From Candidatus Hydrogenedentota bacterium (lineage in GTDB: Bacteria; Hydrogenedentota; Hydrogenedentia; Hydrogenedentales; SLHB01): a DNA stretch of 64,000 bases. Position numbers and translations under genes: made by a program. The DNA lies in the NCBI GenBank assembly GCA_963745075.1, contig CAVUWV010000017.1, positions 96,001-160,000 of the forward strand, in the 5' to 3' direction. This document shows, one piece after another, positions 28,921 to 39,681 of this stretch (positions are counted from its first letter, which is position 1; each line of letters starts with the position of its first letter). Under the pieces are notes generated by a model. The model had not been told where the DNA came from. It worked only from the letters and a program-made list of their open reading frames with translations, and made no database searches.

Positions 28921-29097
28921 TGTCATTTACCCTTTCGCGAAACACTCCCATTGCACACAGGCATGGGTTGTTTTTTCCAATCCGTTGTCAATAGGAGCTT
29001 CGTTCGCGGAAGCCTTGGAATGGATAGATACCGGAGCTATCCCCTCCATCTCTCCTTCCGCTTTTACCCTCACGGGATTGTGTCATTGATTCGAATC

Positions 29098-29250
29098 CTA
29101 GCTCTGCAGCCAGTTATCGAATAACGCGACGAGCCAGTTCTGTTGCGCAGGACGCAACTTCAACGGCCCAAAAATGTTCTTCAATTCGACCCACGCGACC
29201 TGCTCGGCACGCACGGGCTTTTCGGTCGACAGCACCTTCACATGCTTCAT
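29098..29250 (-). CDS. Small MKH-leader peptide P3 (50 aa)
   Basis: AGGGAGGTGA SD before ATG 29250; MKHVKVLSTEKPVRA-EQVAWVELKNIFGPLKLRPAQQNWLVALFDNWLQS. Confidence 0.75.
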   Translation of the reverse strand: MKHVKVLSTEKPVRAEQVAWVELKNIFGPLKLRPAQQNWLVALFDNWLQS

Positions 29251-29414
29251 ATGGCGATTCACCTCCCTTCTCCTTCCGTCTTGTTGTTGGTTGGAAACCA
29301 TTTCCCAATCCGCTTGGTCCAAACAATTGACCTGTCTGTACCCCTTATTGTGAACGATTTGATCGCAATAAGCAACCCCTTGTGGGTGTCAACAACGGCG
29401 GGCACCGTATGTGC

Positions 29415-30986
29415 TTACTGCGCCCCGTTCAGCGAGATCCCCATCCCTCGCAAATAATCGAAGAGTGAGAGGTCCCCGGATTGCAGTATCCACCCGGAAA
29501 TCATGTTGAGGAAATCGGTTCCGCTCTGACTGGAGAAGAGCTGATCCAACTCTTGGAAGAACCCGCCCAACTGGTCGATGCTCGTGACCAGGTCCGCCGT
29601 TTGTGACGTTAACTGATCGATTCCCTCAGGAGATTCAATTGTTGTGTAAAGCTGTTCAAGCACATCAATTGCGGCCGCCTGCATATCCAGTCCGGCCAAT
29701 TGCTCCTGAGAAAGAGACGCCCCGGTCTCCACCTGCTGGCCCAACCGCTGTACGGCCTGCGCAATGTCTTGGGCGGTATTGTAATCCCCTACCGCCATAT
29801 AGTCTTGGCCGTATTCTAGCAGATTCTTCCCTAGATCGCAAAGGAAATTGTACTGATCCACTCCCGCTGTCAACGCGGATACGGCCTTGGCCTGATCGGC
29901 CGGAAGCCCGCTTGCCATAAGCGCTTCCGCCTTTGCCATCGCCGACTCCAGCGAATAGGCGCTGGCCGTGGGCAGCGTCTGCGCGATCCGCAACGCTTCC
30001 AGCGCCCCGGCGAGGTCGTTCTGTTCCAGCCGAAGCTTCGCTTCCAGGTAGTAGGGCAAGGCGTTATTGGGATCGAGCGTATGGAGCGTCGGCACTTGTT
30101 CGAGGGCTTGCGTCTCCGATTCCGGCGTCGCGGTCTCGTCCAACGCTTTTGCCAATTCAAGCTGAGCGGGCGCGTTGTCTGGCACCTGCCCCACCACCGT
30201 CAACAACACTTGAGCCGCTTCTTCGCCCGTAAGCGATTCCGCCGCCCCCAACTTCACCTGAGGCGACGAATCCGGACTTCGAGCCAAGTCGATTGCCTCC
30301 TCTTTCTTGAGGCTGGCCCATTGCATCAGGCGGCTTATTCCCCGGCTGTCATTCGACGCGTCGCGCCGTGCCGCCAGGATTTCGTCCATCGTCGGCGTGT
30401 CCAGCGCAGGGCTTTCCGTAGCTTCCATCTCGCCCGAAGGCTGTCCGGACCGCGTCTCGTCGGGGATTCGTTTGCGCTTCTCATCAAACTGCTTGAGCCG
30501 AGTCGCGATCGTGGTGTCCAGTTGAGGCGTTGGCTCGATGGCGCGTTCTATCGGAGTCTTCTCCGGCGTAACCAATTGATTGCCGCCGCCGGGCACGTTC
30601 GCCGGCGTTGGAACTTCTTTGAACAGCACGTACCCCAGCAAGGCGAGAATCGCGGCCGCCGCCGCCGCTACACCCAACCAGGTCCGGCCACGCTCCCGCC
30701 GGCGCGCGCGTTCGGCATCGATGGACACAATCTTCTCGGGACGATTGGCCTGAGCTACGGTGTCCATGACGGATTCGACCAAGTCGACCTGAGGTGTCTT
30801 GGAGGCAAAGGCGCGGCCCATGGCATCCAAGTCCGCGTAAGCGGACTGTAGCCACATGTGCTCCCGGCGATACGCGTCCGACGAAGCGATTTGCGCTTCC
30901 ACGCGCCGCGCCTCCTCGGGGCTCAACTCGCCCTCCAGGAGAGCCAGTAGCTCTTCCTGGATCTTTTCCAGTTCCCCAGTGTTCAC
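29415..30986 (-). CDS. Membrane-anchored anti-sigma factor with a large helical/TPR-like extracytoplasmic domain
   Basis: N-terminal LLEGELSPEEARRVE (anti-sigma domain lacking HxxxCxxC), one TM (WLGVAAAAAAILALLGYVLF), LDPNNALPYYLEA TPR-like; 4-nt overlap with the sigma gene. Confidence 0.7.
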   Translation of the reverse strand: MNTGELEKIQEELLALLEGELSPEEARRVEAQIASSDAYRREHMWLQSAYADLDAMGRAFASKTPQVDLVESVMDTVAQANRPEKIVSIDAERARRRERGRTWLGVAAAAAAILALLGYVLFKEVPTPANVPGGGNQLVTPEKTPIERAIEPTPQLDTTIATRLKQFDEKRKRIPDETRSGQPSGEMEATESPALDTPTMDEILAARRDASNDSRGISRLMQWASLKKEEAIDLARSPDSSPQVKLGAAESLTGEEAAQVLLTVVGQVPDNAPAQLELAKALDETATPESETQALEQVPTLHTLDPNNALPYYLEAKLRLEQNDLAGALEALRIAQTLPTASAYSLESAMAKAEALMASGLPADQAKAVSALTAGVDQYNFLCDLGKNLLEYGQDYMAVGDYNTAQDIAQAVQRLGQQVETGASLSQEQLAGLDMQAAAIDVLEQLYTTIESPEGIDQLTSQTADLVTSIDQLGGFFQELDQLFSSQSGTDFLNMISGWILQSGDLSLFDYLRGMGISLNGAQ

Positions 30987-31624
30987 AAATCGTCCTTTGC
31001 CGACTGATATACGTCCCGCAGCGACTTCAGGATGCGGTGCAGTCGGGTTCGCACCGCGCCCTCCGTGCTGCCGACGATTTCCGCAATATCGCGTGCCTGC
31101 ATCCGTTCAAAGAACCGCAAGGTCACGATTTCCCTGGACTCATGATCGAGCGAGGCCAGCGCTTCCGCCAACAACTCATAGCGCTCGGCCATCATGAGAA
31201 GCCCATCCGGCCCGTCTGCCGGCGACTGCAACACCTCGCCGGTCTCCTCCCGGGCGCTGCTCGCGTATTCCTCGAGGGATTCCATGGGTACCGCCTTCTT
31301 GCGCTTCAACTCGTTCAGACAAAGGTTGCGCGCGATGCACAGTACCCAGGGGCGAAACTTTCGACTCGCGTCGAACCGCGCCCGGGCCACATACACGCGG
31401 ATGAACGTTTCCTGGGCCATTTCCCGGGCCCGTTCCACGTCCCGCACGTAGTGGAGGCAGAATCTGAAAATGTCGTTCTGGTACCGGTGTACGAGCGTGC
31501 CCAGAGCGTCCGCCGTGCCCTCGCACAGGAGGACCATCAGCGCCTCATCGGTTTGAGTGCTCGCGCTCAACCGGTAATCCATTGCCGGTAACGAGTTACG
31601 AGGGCCTTGCGGTTTCGTTGCCAC
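30983..31624 (-). CDS. ECF sigma-70 factor (start may be 31582)
   Basis: TDEALM, AQETFIRVY, FRPWVLCIARNLCLN, EIVTLRFF..M...IAEIVG..EGAVRTRLHR. Confidence 0.92.
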   Translation of the reverse strand: MATKPQGPRNSLPAMDYRLSASTQTDEALMVLLCEGTADALGTLVHRYQNDIFRFCLHYVRDVERAREMAQETFIRVYVARARFDASRKFRPWVLCIARNLCLNELKRKKAVPMESLEEYASSAREETGEVLQSPADGPDGLLMMAERYELLAEALASLDHESREIVTLRFFERMQARDIAEIVGSTEGAVRTRLHRILKSLRDVYQSAKDDL

Positions 31625-31775
31625 GTTCCGGTCCCATCATTACTACAGCCCATGCCATCAAACATCACAAGTGGTTGAGATCCCTGAGAATCGGCGATGC
31701 CGACCGTCCCTGCACCTCTCCAGTGTACGGCATTCCCGAGCACTTCGCCAACCTCCTCGGACACCGTGTCTCGCA

Positions 31776-32297
31776 TCATGGTGACTTCCGCCGCGGCGGT
31801 CTCGAGGCCGTAATCCGGTCTTCGACGGCTGCCGCCGCATCGAATACGTTATCGGTCGCCAGTTGGCGCAGGTTGAGTTGGTCCGGTTCGCGCGCCATCG
31901 CTACCATTCGGTCCGCCGCGGCCAGCAAAGCCCCGAGGGCATCGCCCGAGGCCGGGGACGCCTGAATGCGACGTCGCACTTCGCTCGCGCGCGGTCCGAA
32001 GTAGTCCCGCGACCACAACTGAAAGTCGTCGCTCGGCGGGTTGCCTTCGTGCGAGGCCCGATCCAGATACTCTCGCATGAGATCGGTCAGGTTCTGAGAG
32101 AACCCCTGCAAAATCTCTTCTTCGGCCAGCGGCGTCGGCGCCGGACGCACGAGCGGCGCCTCCCGCGCCAACGTCCACAACGTGGCGTGATACGCGAGTG
32201 TCATCATCAACAAACTACCGCCCAGCACCACGATGCCATACCGCACCGTTCGCCCAATGCGATGGAAGATGGTGTTCCGCTGAGGCAGTTCCGGCAT
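31776..32297 (-). CDS. Hypothetical membrane-anchored protein
   Basis: One TM near the N-terminus; co-oriented with and tightly spaced from the upstream peptidase. Confidence 0.55.
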   Translation of the reverse strand: MPELPQRNTIFHRIGRTVRYGIVVLGGSLLMMTLAYHATLWTLAREAPLVRPAPTPLAEEEILQGFSQNLTDLMREYLDRASHEGNPPSDDFQLWSRDYFGPRASEVRRRIQASPASGDALGALLAAADRMVAMAREPDQLNLRQLATDNVFDAAAAVEDRITASRPPRRKSP

Positions 32298-32312
32298 GGT
32301 GTTTGGTCCCGG

Positions 32313-33014
32313 TCAACGCAGCAGCATGCGCAAGTTGGCCGGTTTCGCCTGCCATGCTTCCGCGCGGTGAAAGTCCGGATATGCGCGTTCGATACGATTG
32401 AACTCCGCCGTGTGAATCCGGCGGCGGCCCGTGGCGCTTTCTTCGATACCCAGATGGGCGTGCAACATCTCGTGATACACAATGTACCGGACAAAGAACT
32501 CGGGTACCCGTTCATTGTCGAGGTAGGGATGGATGCGGATCAAATGTTCCTCCACCGAATAGCTTCCAAATCGGATGGATCGCCGTCGCCCCGTGGTTGG
32601 CCGGCGGCCCCAGGTGATCGCCGCGTCGATAGCGCCGTCAAAATATTGTGCGTTCACCTCGTCATACAACGTACGAAGATTGTATACCACGCCCTTCGTG
32701 CACAGTCGGCGCTGGATTCCGATTCGCCGGCGTATAAGATGGCGATTCTCCCGGATGAACCGGTCGATCACCGCTCCGGACTTCCGGCACGACGGCTTCT
32801 TCAGCCACGCCGCCAGCGCCTGCACGACCGACGCATCCGCGCCCAGAAACATGTGGTGCATGCGCAACGCCACCACCCCCGATACCGGATGGTGTTTGAC
32901 CGACATCACCGTGTGCGAATTGTCGGTGAGCACCACTTGAAGCCGCAGGCCGGAACGGCTCTCCAGCTCCTCATGAAGCGTCGAAGGATCGCGAAACGCA
33001 AATTCAAGTTGCAT
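32313..33014 (-). CDS. SprT/DUF45-like zinc metallopeptidase
   Basis: VNAQYF, ITWGRR, FGSY, IRIHPYLD, YIVYHEMLH (HExxH), HTAEF...E. Confidence 0.8.
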   Translation of the reverse strand: MQLEFAFRDPSTLHEELESRSGLRLQVVLTDNSHTVMSVKHHPVSGVVALRMHHMFLGADASVVQALAAWLKKPSCRKSGAVIDRFIRENRHLIRRRIGIQRRLCTKGVVYNLRTLYDEVNAQYFDGAIDAAITWGRRPTTGRRRSIRFGSYSVEEHLIRIHPYLDNERVPEFFVRYIVYHEMLHAHLGIEESATGRRRIHTAEFNRIERAYPDFHRAEAWQAKPANLRMLLR

Positions 33015-33242
33015 GGTGTCGAACGTACCGTAAAGAAACCCGACCTATCCAGCGCGGCGCCCAACACACCAAAGATGTTGTGCCACGGCAAGAATCGTAG
33101 GCCACATCCTGTAGGGATTGCAATTGCGTAATCGCGCGAGTGGAACGAACTGCGTGTCAGGTGGGCAAACTCACTTCTATTTAGGAAACTCGTGCATGTG
33201 ACCTTGGCCCACTAGTCTCCACTTCGGGGCTTTGGTGAACAA

Positions 33243-33271
33243 TTGACAAGGGTTTTTCCCTATGCTAGACT
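33243..33271 (+). promoter_or_regulatory. sigma70 promoter
   Basis: TTGACA-17 nt-TAGACT with a TG extension. Confidence 0.65.
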
Positions 33272-33326
33272 GCCGATGCTCGCAAGCGGAAGCGTTGTAT
33301 CTCTTTATAATGGAGAGGAGGGTCTC

Positions 33327-33710
33327 GTGGGAATGTTCAAGAAATCCTGGGTGTCGTTTTTCGCGCTGGTGCTGGTGGCTGCGGTCGTGATTACGCCGTT
33401 GGCCGTCGTCGCGGAAAGCTATGACCCCGATCAGGAAATTCCCGCACCGACCGGTTTCGAAAAGCGGCTGACCAAGCTGGGCCGGGGCCTGTCCAACGTA
33501 TTGCTGGGCTGGGCGGAAATTCCGGTGACCTTCGATGAGAAACTCAAGGAAGGCAAGCCGCTGGGATACCTCGTCGGCGTGGTACCGGTACTCGGCACGA
33601 CCCGCGCATTCCTCCGTACGGGTACGGGCGTGTTCGAGATGGTCACGTTCCCGGTGTCCGACCTGGAAGTCAATTTCGAGCCGATCCTGGAGCCCGAGTA
33701 CATCTTCTGA
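33327..33710 (+). CDS. Exosortase system-associated protein, TIGR04073-like
   Basis: Signal peptide, then KLGRGLSNVLLGWAEIP...R...GVFEMVTFP...ILEPEY; GGAGG SD; start GTG 33327 or ATG 33333. Confidence 0.75.
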   Translation: MGMFKKSWVSFFALVLVAAVVITPLAVVAESYDPDQEIPAPTGFEKRLTKLGRGLSNVLLGWAEIPVTFDEKLKEGKPLGYLVGVVPVLGTTRAFLRTGTGVFEMVTFPVSDLEVNFEPILEPEYIF

Positions 33711-33721
33711 GGCCCGTTGCC

Positions 33722-33985
33722 ATGGATTGGAATCGCCAAGGCGCAGGACTCGTAAGTACCATCGAACTTCGTGACGGCCGCGAAGGGAAGGTCGTGCTGG
33801 TCGGATCGCGCGACAACCCAAAAGGGGCGATGCTTGTGCTCGCATCCCAAGCCTCGCAAGGCGCGCAGGCCGTGCCTCTCATAGAAGGCTCCCGATTCCT
33901 TCATCCCCGGCAAGTGGTCGAGATCCTTTGCGTGCAGGAGCGGGCTTTTGGAACGAGCGGACTGAATCCCGTCGAACTGCCGTGA
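33722..33985 (+). CDS. Hypothetical protein (87 aa)
   Basis: Fills the gap exactly and its TGA overlaps the GTG of the HDOD gene (GTGA). Confidence 0.45.
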   Translation: MDWNRQGAGLVSTIELRDGREGKVVLVGSRDNPKGAMLVLASQASQGAQAVPLIEGSRFLHPRQVVEILCVQERAFGTSGLNPVELP

Positions 33986-34833
33986 CCGCCAACTACAACA
34001 TCGATTCGCTCCTCGAAGAGATCGTCACTCTTCCCAGTCTTCCTGCGACCGTATCGCGAATCACCGAACTCGTTAACACGCCGGATTCCGCGCTGTCCGA
34101 AGTTGCGAAAGCCATTCAAACGGACCCCGCCCTTGCCATCAAAACCCTGCGTCTGGTCAACTCCGCCTACTACGGCTTGGCCCACAAAGTGACCTCCGTC
34201 GACCACGCGGTGGCGCTCCTGGGCATGAAGGTCATCAAGAACCTGGTGTTTACGGCGACTGTCTTCGACACCTTCAACAAAGGGACCGACGCGCTTTTGC
34301 GGCACAGTGTCAGTTGCGGTGTGGCCATGCGCATTCTCATCGCCGAAATCCCCGGCCACGCCGACATGGAGCCCGAGGAAGCTTTTGTGTTCGGCCTCCT
34401 GCACGATGTCGGGAAGATCATCCTCGAACAGTTCTTGGCGAAGGAAGTCGAGAGCGTGCAACTCCTCAGCCGAACCAACCAGATCCCGCTTTTCGAAGCG
34501 GAACGGCTGATCATCGGCGTGGACCATGCCGAGATCGGTAGCCGGCTCGCGCAACAGTGGGGGCTGTCCACCGAACTCGTAGGGGCCATCGCCGGGCACC
34601 ACAATCTATCCGCCTGTCAATCGGACTCAGCCCGGTCCCTCGCCGCGACCATCGCGGTGGCGAATTTTATCTGCAACGCTAGTGGTATCGTTTCGTCGCC
34701 GAAAGCAGTGCTGCGCATTGCCGATGAGATGTGGGAAGTGTCAGCGATTCCGGCGTCCGAGTATCCCCGCATCCTGGATCGTTTCTTCGAATCGCTCAGC
34801 AGCGTGGACGAACTCATCAGTATGGCATCCTGA
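33982..34833 (+). CDS. HDOD domain protein
   Basis: LPSLP, DPALAIKTLRLVNSAYYG, AVALLG, HS, GLLHDVGK, DHAEIG..LAQQW.L, HH. Confidence 0.9.
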   Translation: MTANYNIDSLLEEIVTLPSLPATVSRITELVNTPDSALSEVAKAIQTDPALAIKTLRLVNSAYYGLAHKVTSVDHAVALLGMKVIKNLVFTATVFDTFNKGTDALLRHSVSCGVAMRILIAEIPGHADMEPEEAFVFGLLHDVGKIILEQFLAKEVESVQLLSRTNQIPLFEAERLIIGVDHAEIGSRLAQQWGLSTELVGAIAGHHNLSACQSDSARSLAATIAVANFICNASGIVSSPKAVLRIADEMWEVSAIPASEYPRILDRFFESLSSVDELISMAS

Positions 34834-34919
34834 CCGGCGGGCGCGTTCGCCCGAAACGCCCCGGATTGGTAGAATACCCGCCAAGCAACGACCCACAGGA
34901 TGGATTCAAAACGGTATCC

Positions 34920-35996
34920 ATGCATCTCCTTAAACTGACCTGCGAAAACTTCCGCTGCCTGACGAACCTGTCGTTCGGCCCGCACTCGGGCGCAAACGTC
35001 ATTTGCGGAGACAACGCGCAGGGAAAAACCTCCATTCTGGAGGCCATTCTGTACTTGACGACATCCAAAAGCCACCGCACCAACGTGGAGCAGGAACTCG
35101 TGCGGCGCGGCGAAGCCGGATTTCGATTGAGCGCATCGGTGCGGCGGTGCGACCGGGAAGTTTCTTTAGAAGCCACGTGGTGGCAGGGCGCAAAGCGTAT
35201 CCGGGTTAATGGGGTGAACCAGACCCGCGTCAGCGACCTGCTCGGGAAGATCAACGTTGTCTTTTTCTCCCCCGAGGACGTCGGGCTCGTCCGGGGGTCC
35301 GCATCGCTCAGGCGCACCTTCCTCGACATGGAACTGTCGCAATTGAGCCCGCGCTATTTGCACGCCCTGCAGCAGTACCGGCTCGTCGTGCGCCAACGCA
35401 ACGAACTCCTGCGTCAACCGCGACCCGATGCCGCGGTGCTCGACGTGTGGGACGAGCAACTCGCCACCCATGGCGTTGTGCTCATGGATGAGCGCCGTCA
35501 GTTCGTCGAAGCCCTCGCGCCGAACGCTACTGCCGCGTACACGGCGATCGCCGGTCACGAGCCCCTGGTGCTCACGTACCGCCCCGACGTGCGAGATGGC
35601 ACGCCGTTCCTCGACGTGCTTGCCGCGTCCCGTGCCAACGACCTCCGCCAGGGCGTCACCACCCGGGGTCCTCATCGCGATGACATACTGTTTGCCGTCG
35701 ATGAAAAAGCCGCCCGCCCCTTTGCCTCCCAAGGCCAACAGCGGACCGCCGCACTCGCACTGAAACTCGCCGAACTGAAACTTATCCACACGCGCGTCGG
35801 GGAGTATCCCATCCTGCTGCTTGACGACGTGTTTTCTGAACTGGACGCCAACCGGTCGCGCCGGCTGGTCGAGTCACTTCCCGCGAACGTCCAATGCATC
35901 ATGACCACGACCGACCTCACCGACAAGGAAAGCCTGTTCCCGAAAGGCTGCGCGCGGTTTACCGTGAAGTCGGGAACGATCGACAGCGTCGTCTGA
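34920..35996 (+). CDS. recF: DNA replication/repair protein RecF
   Basis: NFR, GDNAQGKTSILEAI, SHR, FSPED, QRNELL, GPHRDD, ASQGQQR, LLLDDVFSELD. Confidence 0.95.
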   Translation: MHLLKLTCENFRCLTNLSFGPHSGANVICGDNAQGKTSILEAILYLTTSKSHRTNVEQELVRRGEAGFRLSASVRRCDREVSLEATWWQGAKRIRVNGVNQTRVSDLLGKINVVFFSPEDVGLVRGSASLRRTFLDMELSQLSPRYLHALQQYRLVVRQRNELLRQPRPDAAVLDVWDEQLATHGVVLMDERRQFVEALAPNATAAYTAIAGHEPLVLTYRPDVRDGTPFLDVLAASRANDLRQGVTTRGPHRDDILFAVDEKAARPFASQGQQRTAALALKLAELKLIHTRVGEYPILLLDDVFSELDANRSRRLVESLPANVQCIMTTTDLTDKESLFPKGCARFTVKSGTIDSVV

Positions 35997-36038
35997 GATA
36001 CCAGTCACGCCGCTGTTTGCAACACCACTCGAATCTTC

Positions 36039-36077
36039 GAAAGGGAAAGCCCCGGTCTCCTTGCGGAAAACCGGGGC
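36039..36077 (-). terminator. Intrinsic terminator after peptide P4
   Basis: Minus strand GCCCCGGTTTTCC-GCAA-GGAGACCGGGGC followed by TTTCCCTTT. Confidence 0.6.
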
Positions 36078-36098
36078 CGCGATAAATCTGGACCAATT

Positions 36099-36272
36099 CT
36101 AATCGGCGCAGCTTCCGCCGCCCTTGGAACACTTGATGCAGTCCGCGAGACTTGGCACGCCGAAGAGGGGGTATTCGCCGGCCAGGAACCCCCTGAAGCA
36201 ATCCCAAAGGTTGCTTCCGACAGCCAATGCCGGCAGCCGCTTCATCCTGGTAACACGCTTTACATGACTCAT
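36099..36272 (-). CDS. Small MKH-like leader peptide P4 (57 aa, four Cys)
   Basis: GGAGG SD before ATG 36272; MSHVKRVTRMKRLPALA-VGSNLWDCFRGFLAGEYPLFGVPSLADCIKCSKGGGSCAD. Confidence 0.68.
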   Translation of the reverse strand: MSHVKRVTRMKRLPALAVGSNLWDCFRGFLAGEYPLFGVPSLADCIKCSKGGGSCAD

Positions 36273-36551
36273 CGGGACTCCCTCCAAGTTCGACGAGAGC
36301 ACCATCTGCCCATACCAACATGGCGACGGCCCCCTCGTGCGGTAAACGCTTTTCTGCGCTGACCCCTCGTGGCGAGTGGGTGCCTGACTCGCCAATTGGC
36401 GTGAGCCACGCACAGTCCAACGCTCGCCGGACGAATCACGAATGCCCCAGATTGTCGGCTCCTGGATACGTCCTCGATTGGACTATACTCGGCCGAGTAT
36501 CCCCCGTATGGAATGGCCCCTGCCATTTAGCCCCAAGCCCCATAGAGCGCC

Positions 36552-36580
36552 AGTATATGTGCTCTCTCCGATTTCGTCAA
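36552..36580 (-). promoter_or_regulatory. sigma70 promoter facing P4
   Basis: Minus strand TTGACG-17 nt-TATACT. Confidence 0.65.
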
Positions 36581-36705
36581 CGCCGCTACTGACGCCCATC
36601 TTCCTTTCCGGTCCCATTTGTGGCCGATTGGCGAAGGGGCTCCCGGACGCGTTAGAATACGGTTCTACGTGAAGCATTGTGTTTCTTCCAATTCCGAGCA
36701 TATCC

Positions 36706-37062
36706 ATGGCGACGCGCAAGAAAAATGATTCCGACCGGCAAGCTCCCGCTGGTGTTGGCGAAATCCTCGAATCCCTGAAGGCCAAAACCCGCTTGGGCAA
36801 GCAGCTCAATCAGGCCCAGATCTGGGAGCAGTGGCCCGAGGTCGCCGGACAATACCTCTGCGGGCACGGTCATCCGGTTACCGTGAAAGACAAGACCTTG
36901 CACGTCGAAGCGTACAGCGCGGTCTGGATGCACAAATTCGCATACCACAAGTGGGACATCATCAAACGAATTAACCGGATTGCGGGCCAGGAATTGGTGT
37001 CCGACATCTTCATACTGCTTGGCGACGGCTCGCAGCCCGGCCCTTCACAAGATGACGTGTAG
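36706..37062 (+). CDS. DUF721 / DciA family protein
   Basis: IWEQWPEVAG...L..H..P......LHVEAYSAVWMH; typical position between recF and gyrB. Confidence 0.85.
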   Translation: MATRKKNDSDRQAPAGVGEILESLKAKTRLGKQLNQAQIWEQWPEVAGQYLCGHGHPVTVKDKTLHVEAYSAVWMHKFAYHKWDIIKRINRIAGQELVSDIFILLGDGSQPGPSQDDV

Positions 37063-37072
37063 GTGCTGCTGA

Positions 37073-39604
<2,532 letters not shown>

Positions 39605-39681
39605 CCGTACGGCCGGGGCGTCATCCGGCGTAGACCCGGCACTCTTCGTATACGGCGACCGTCGTGCGCGGAGAAGGGACA

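Noticed and set aside
28960..29392. TTGACA hexamers upstream of P2 and P3 as sigma70 promoters
   Set aside because: No convincing -10 element at 16-18 nt spacing.
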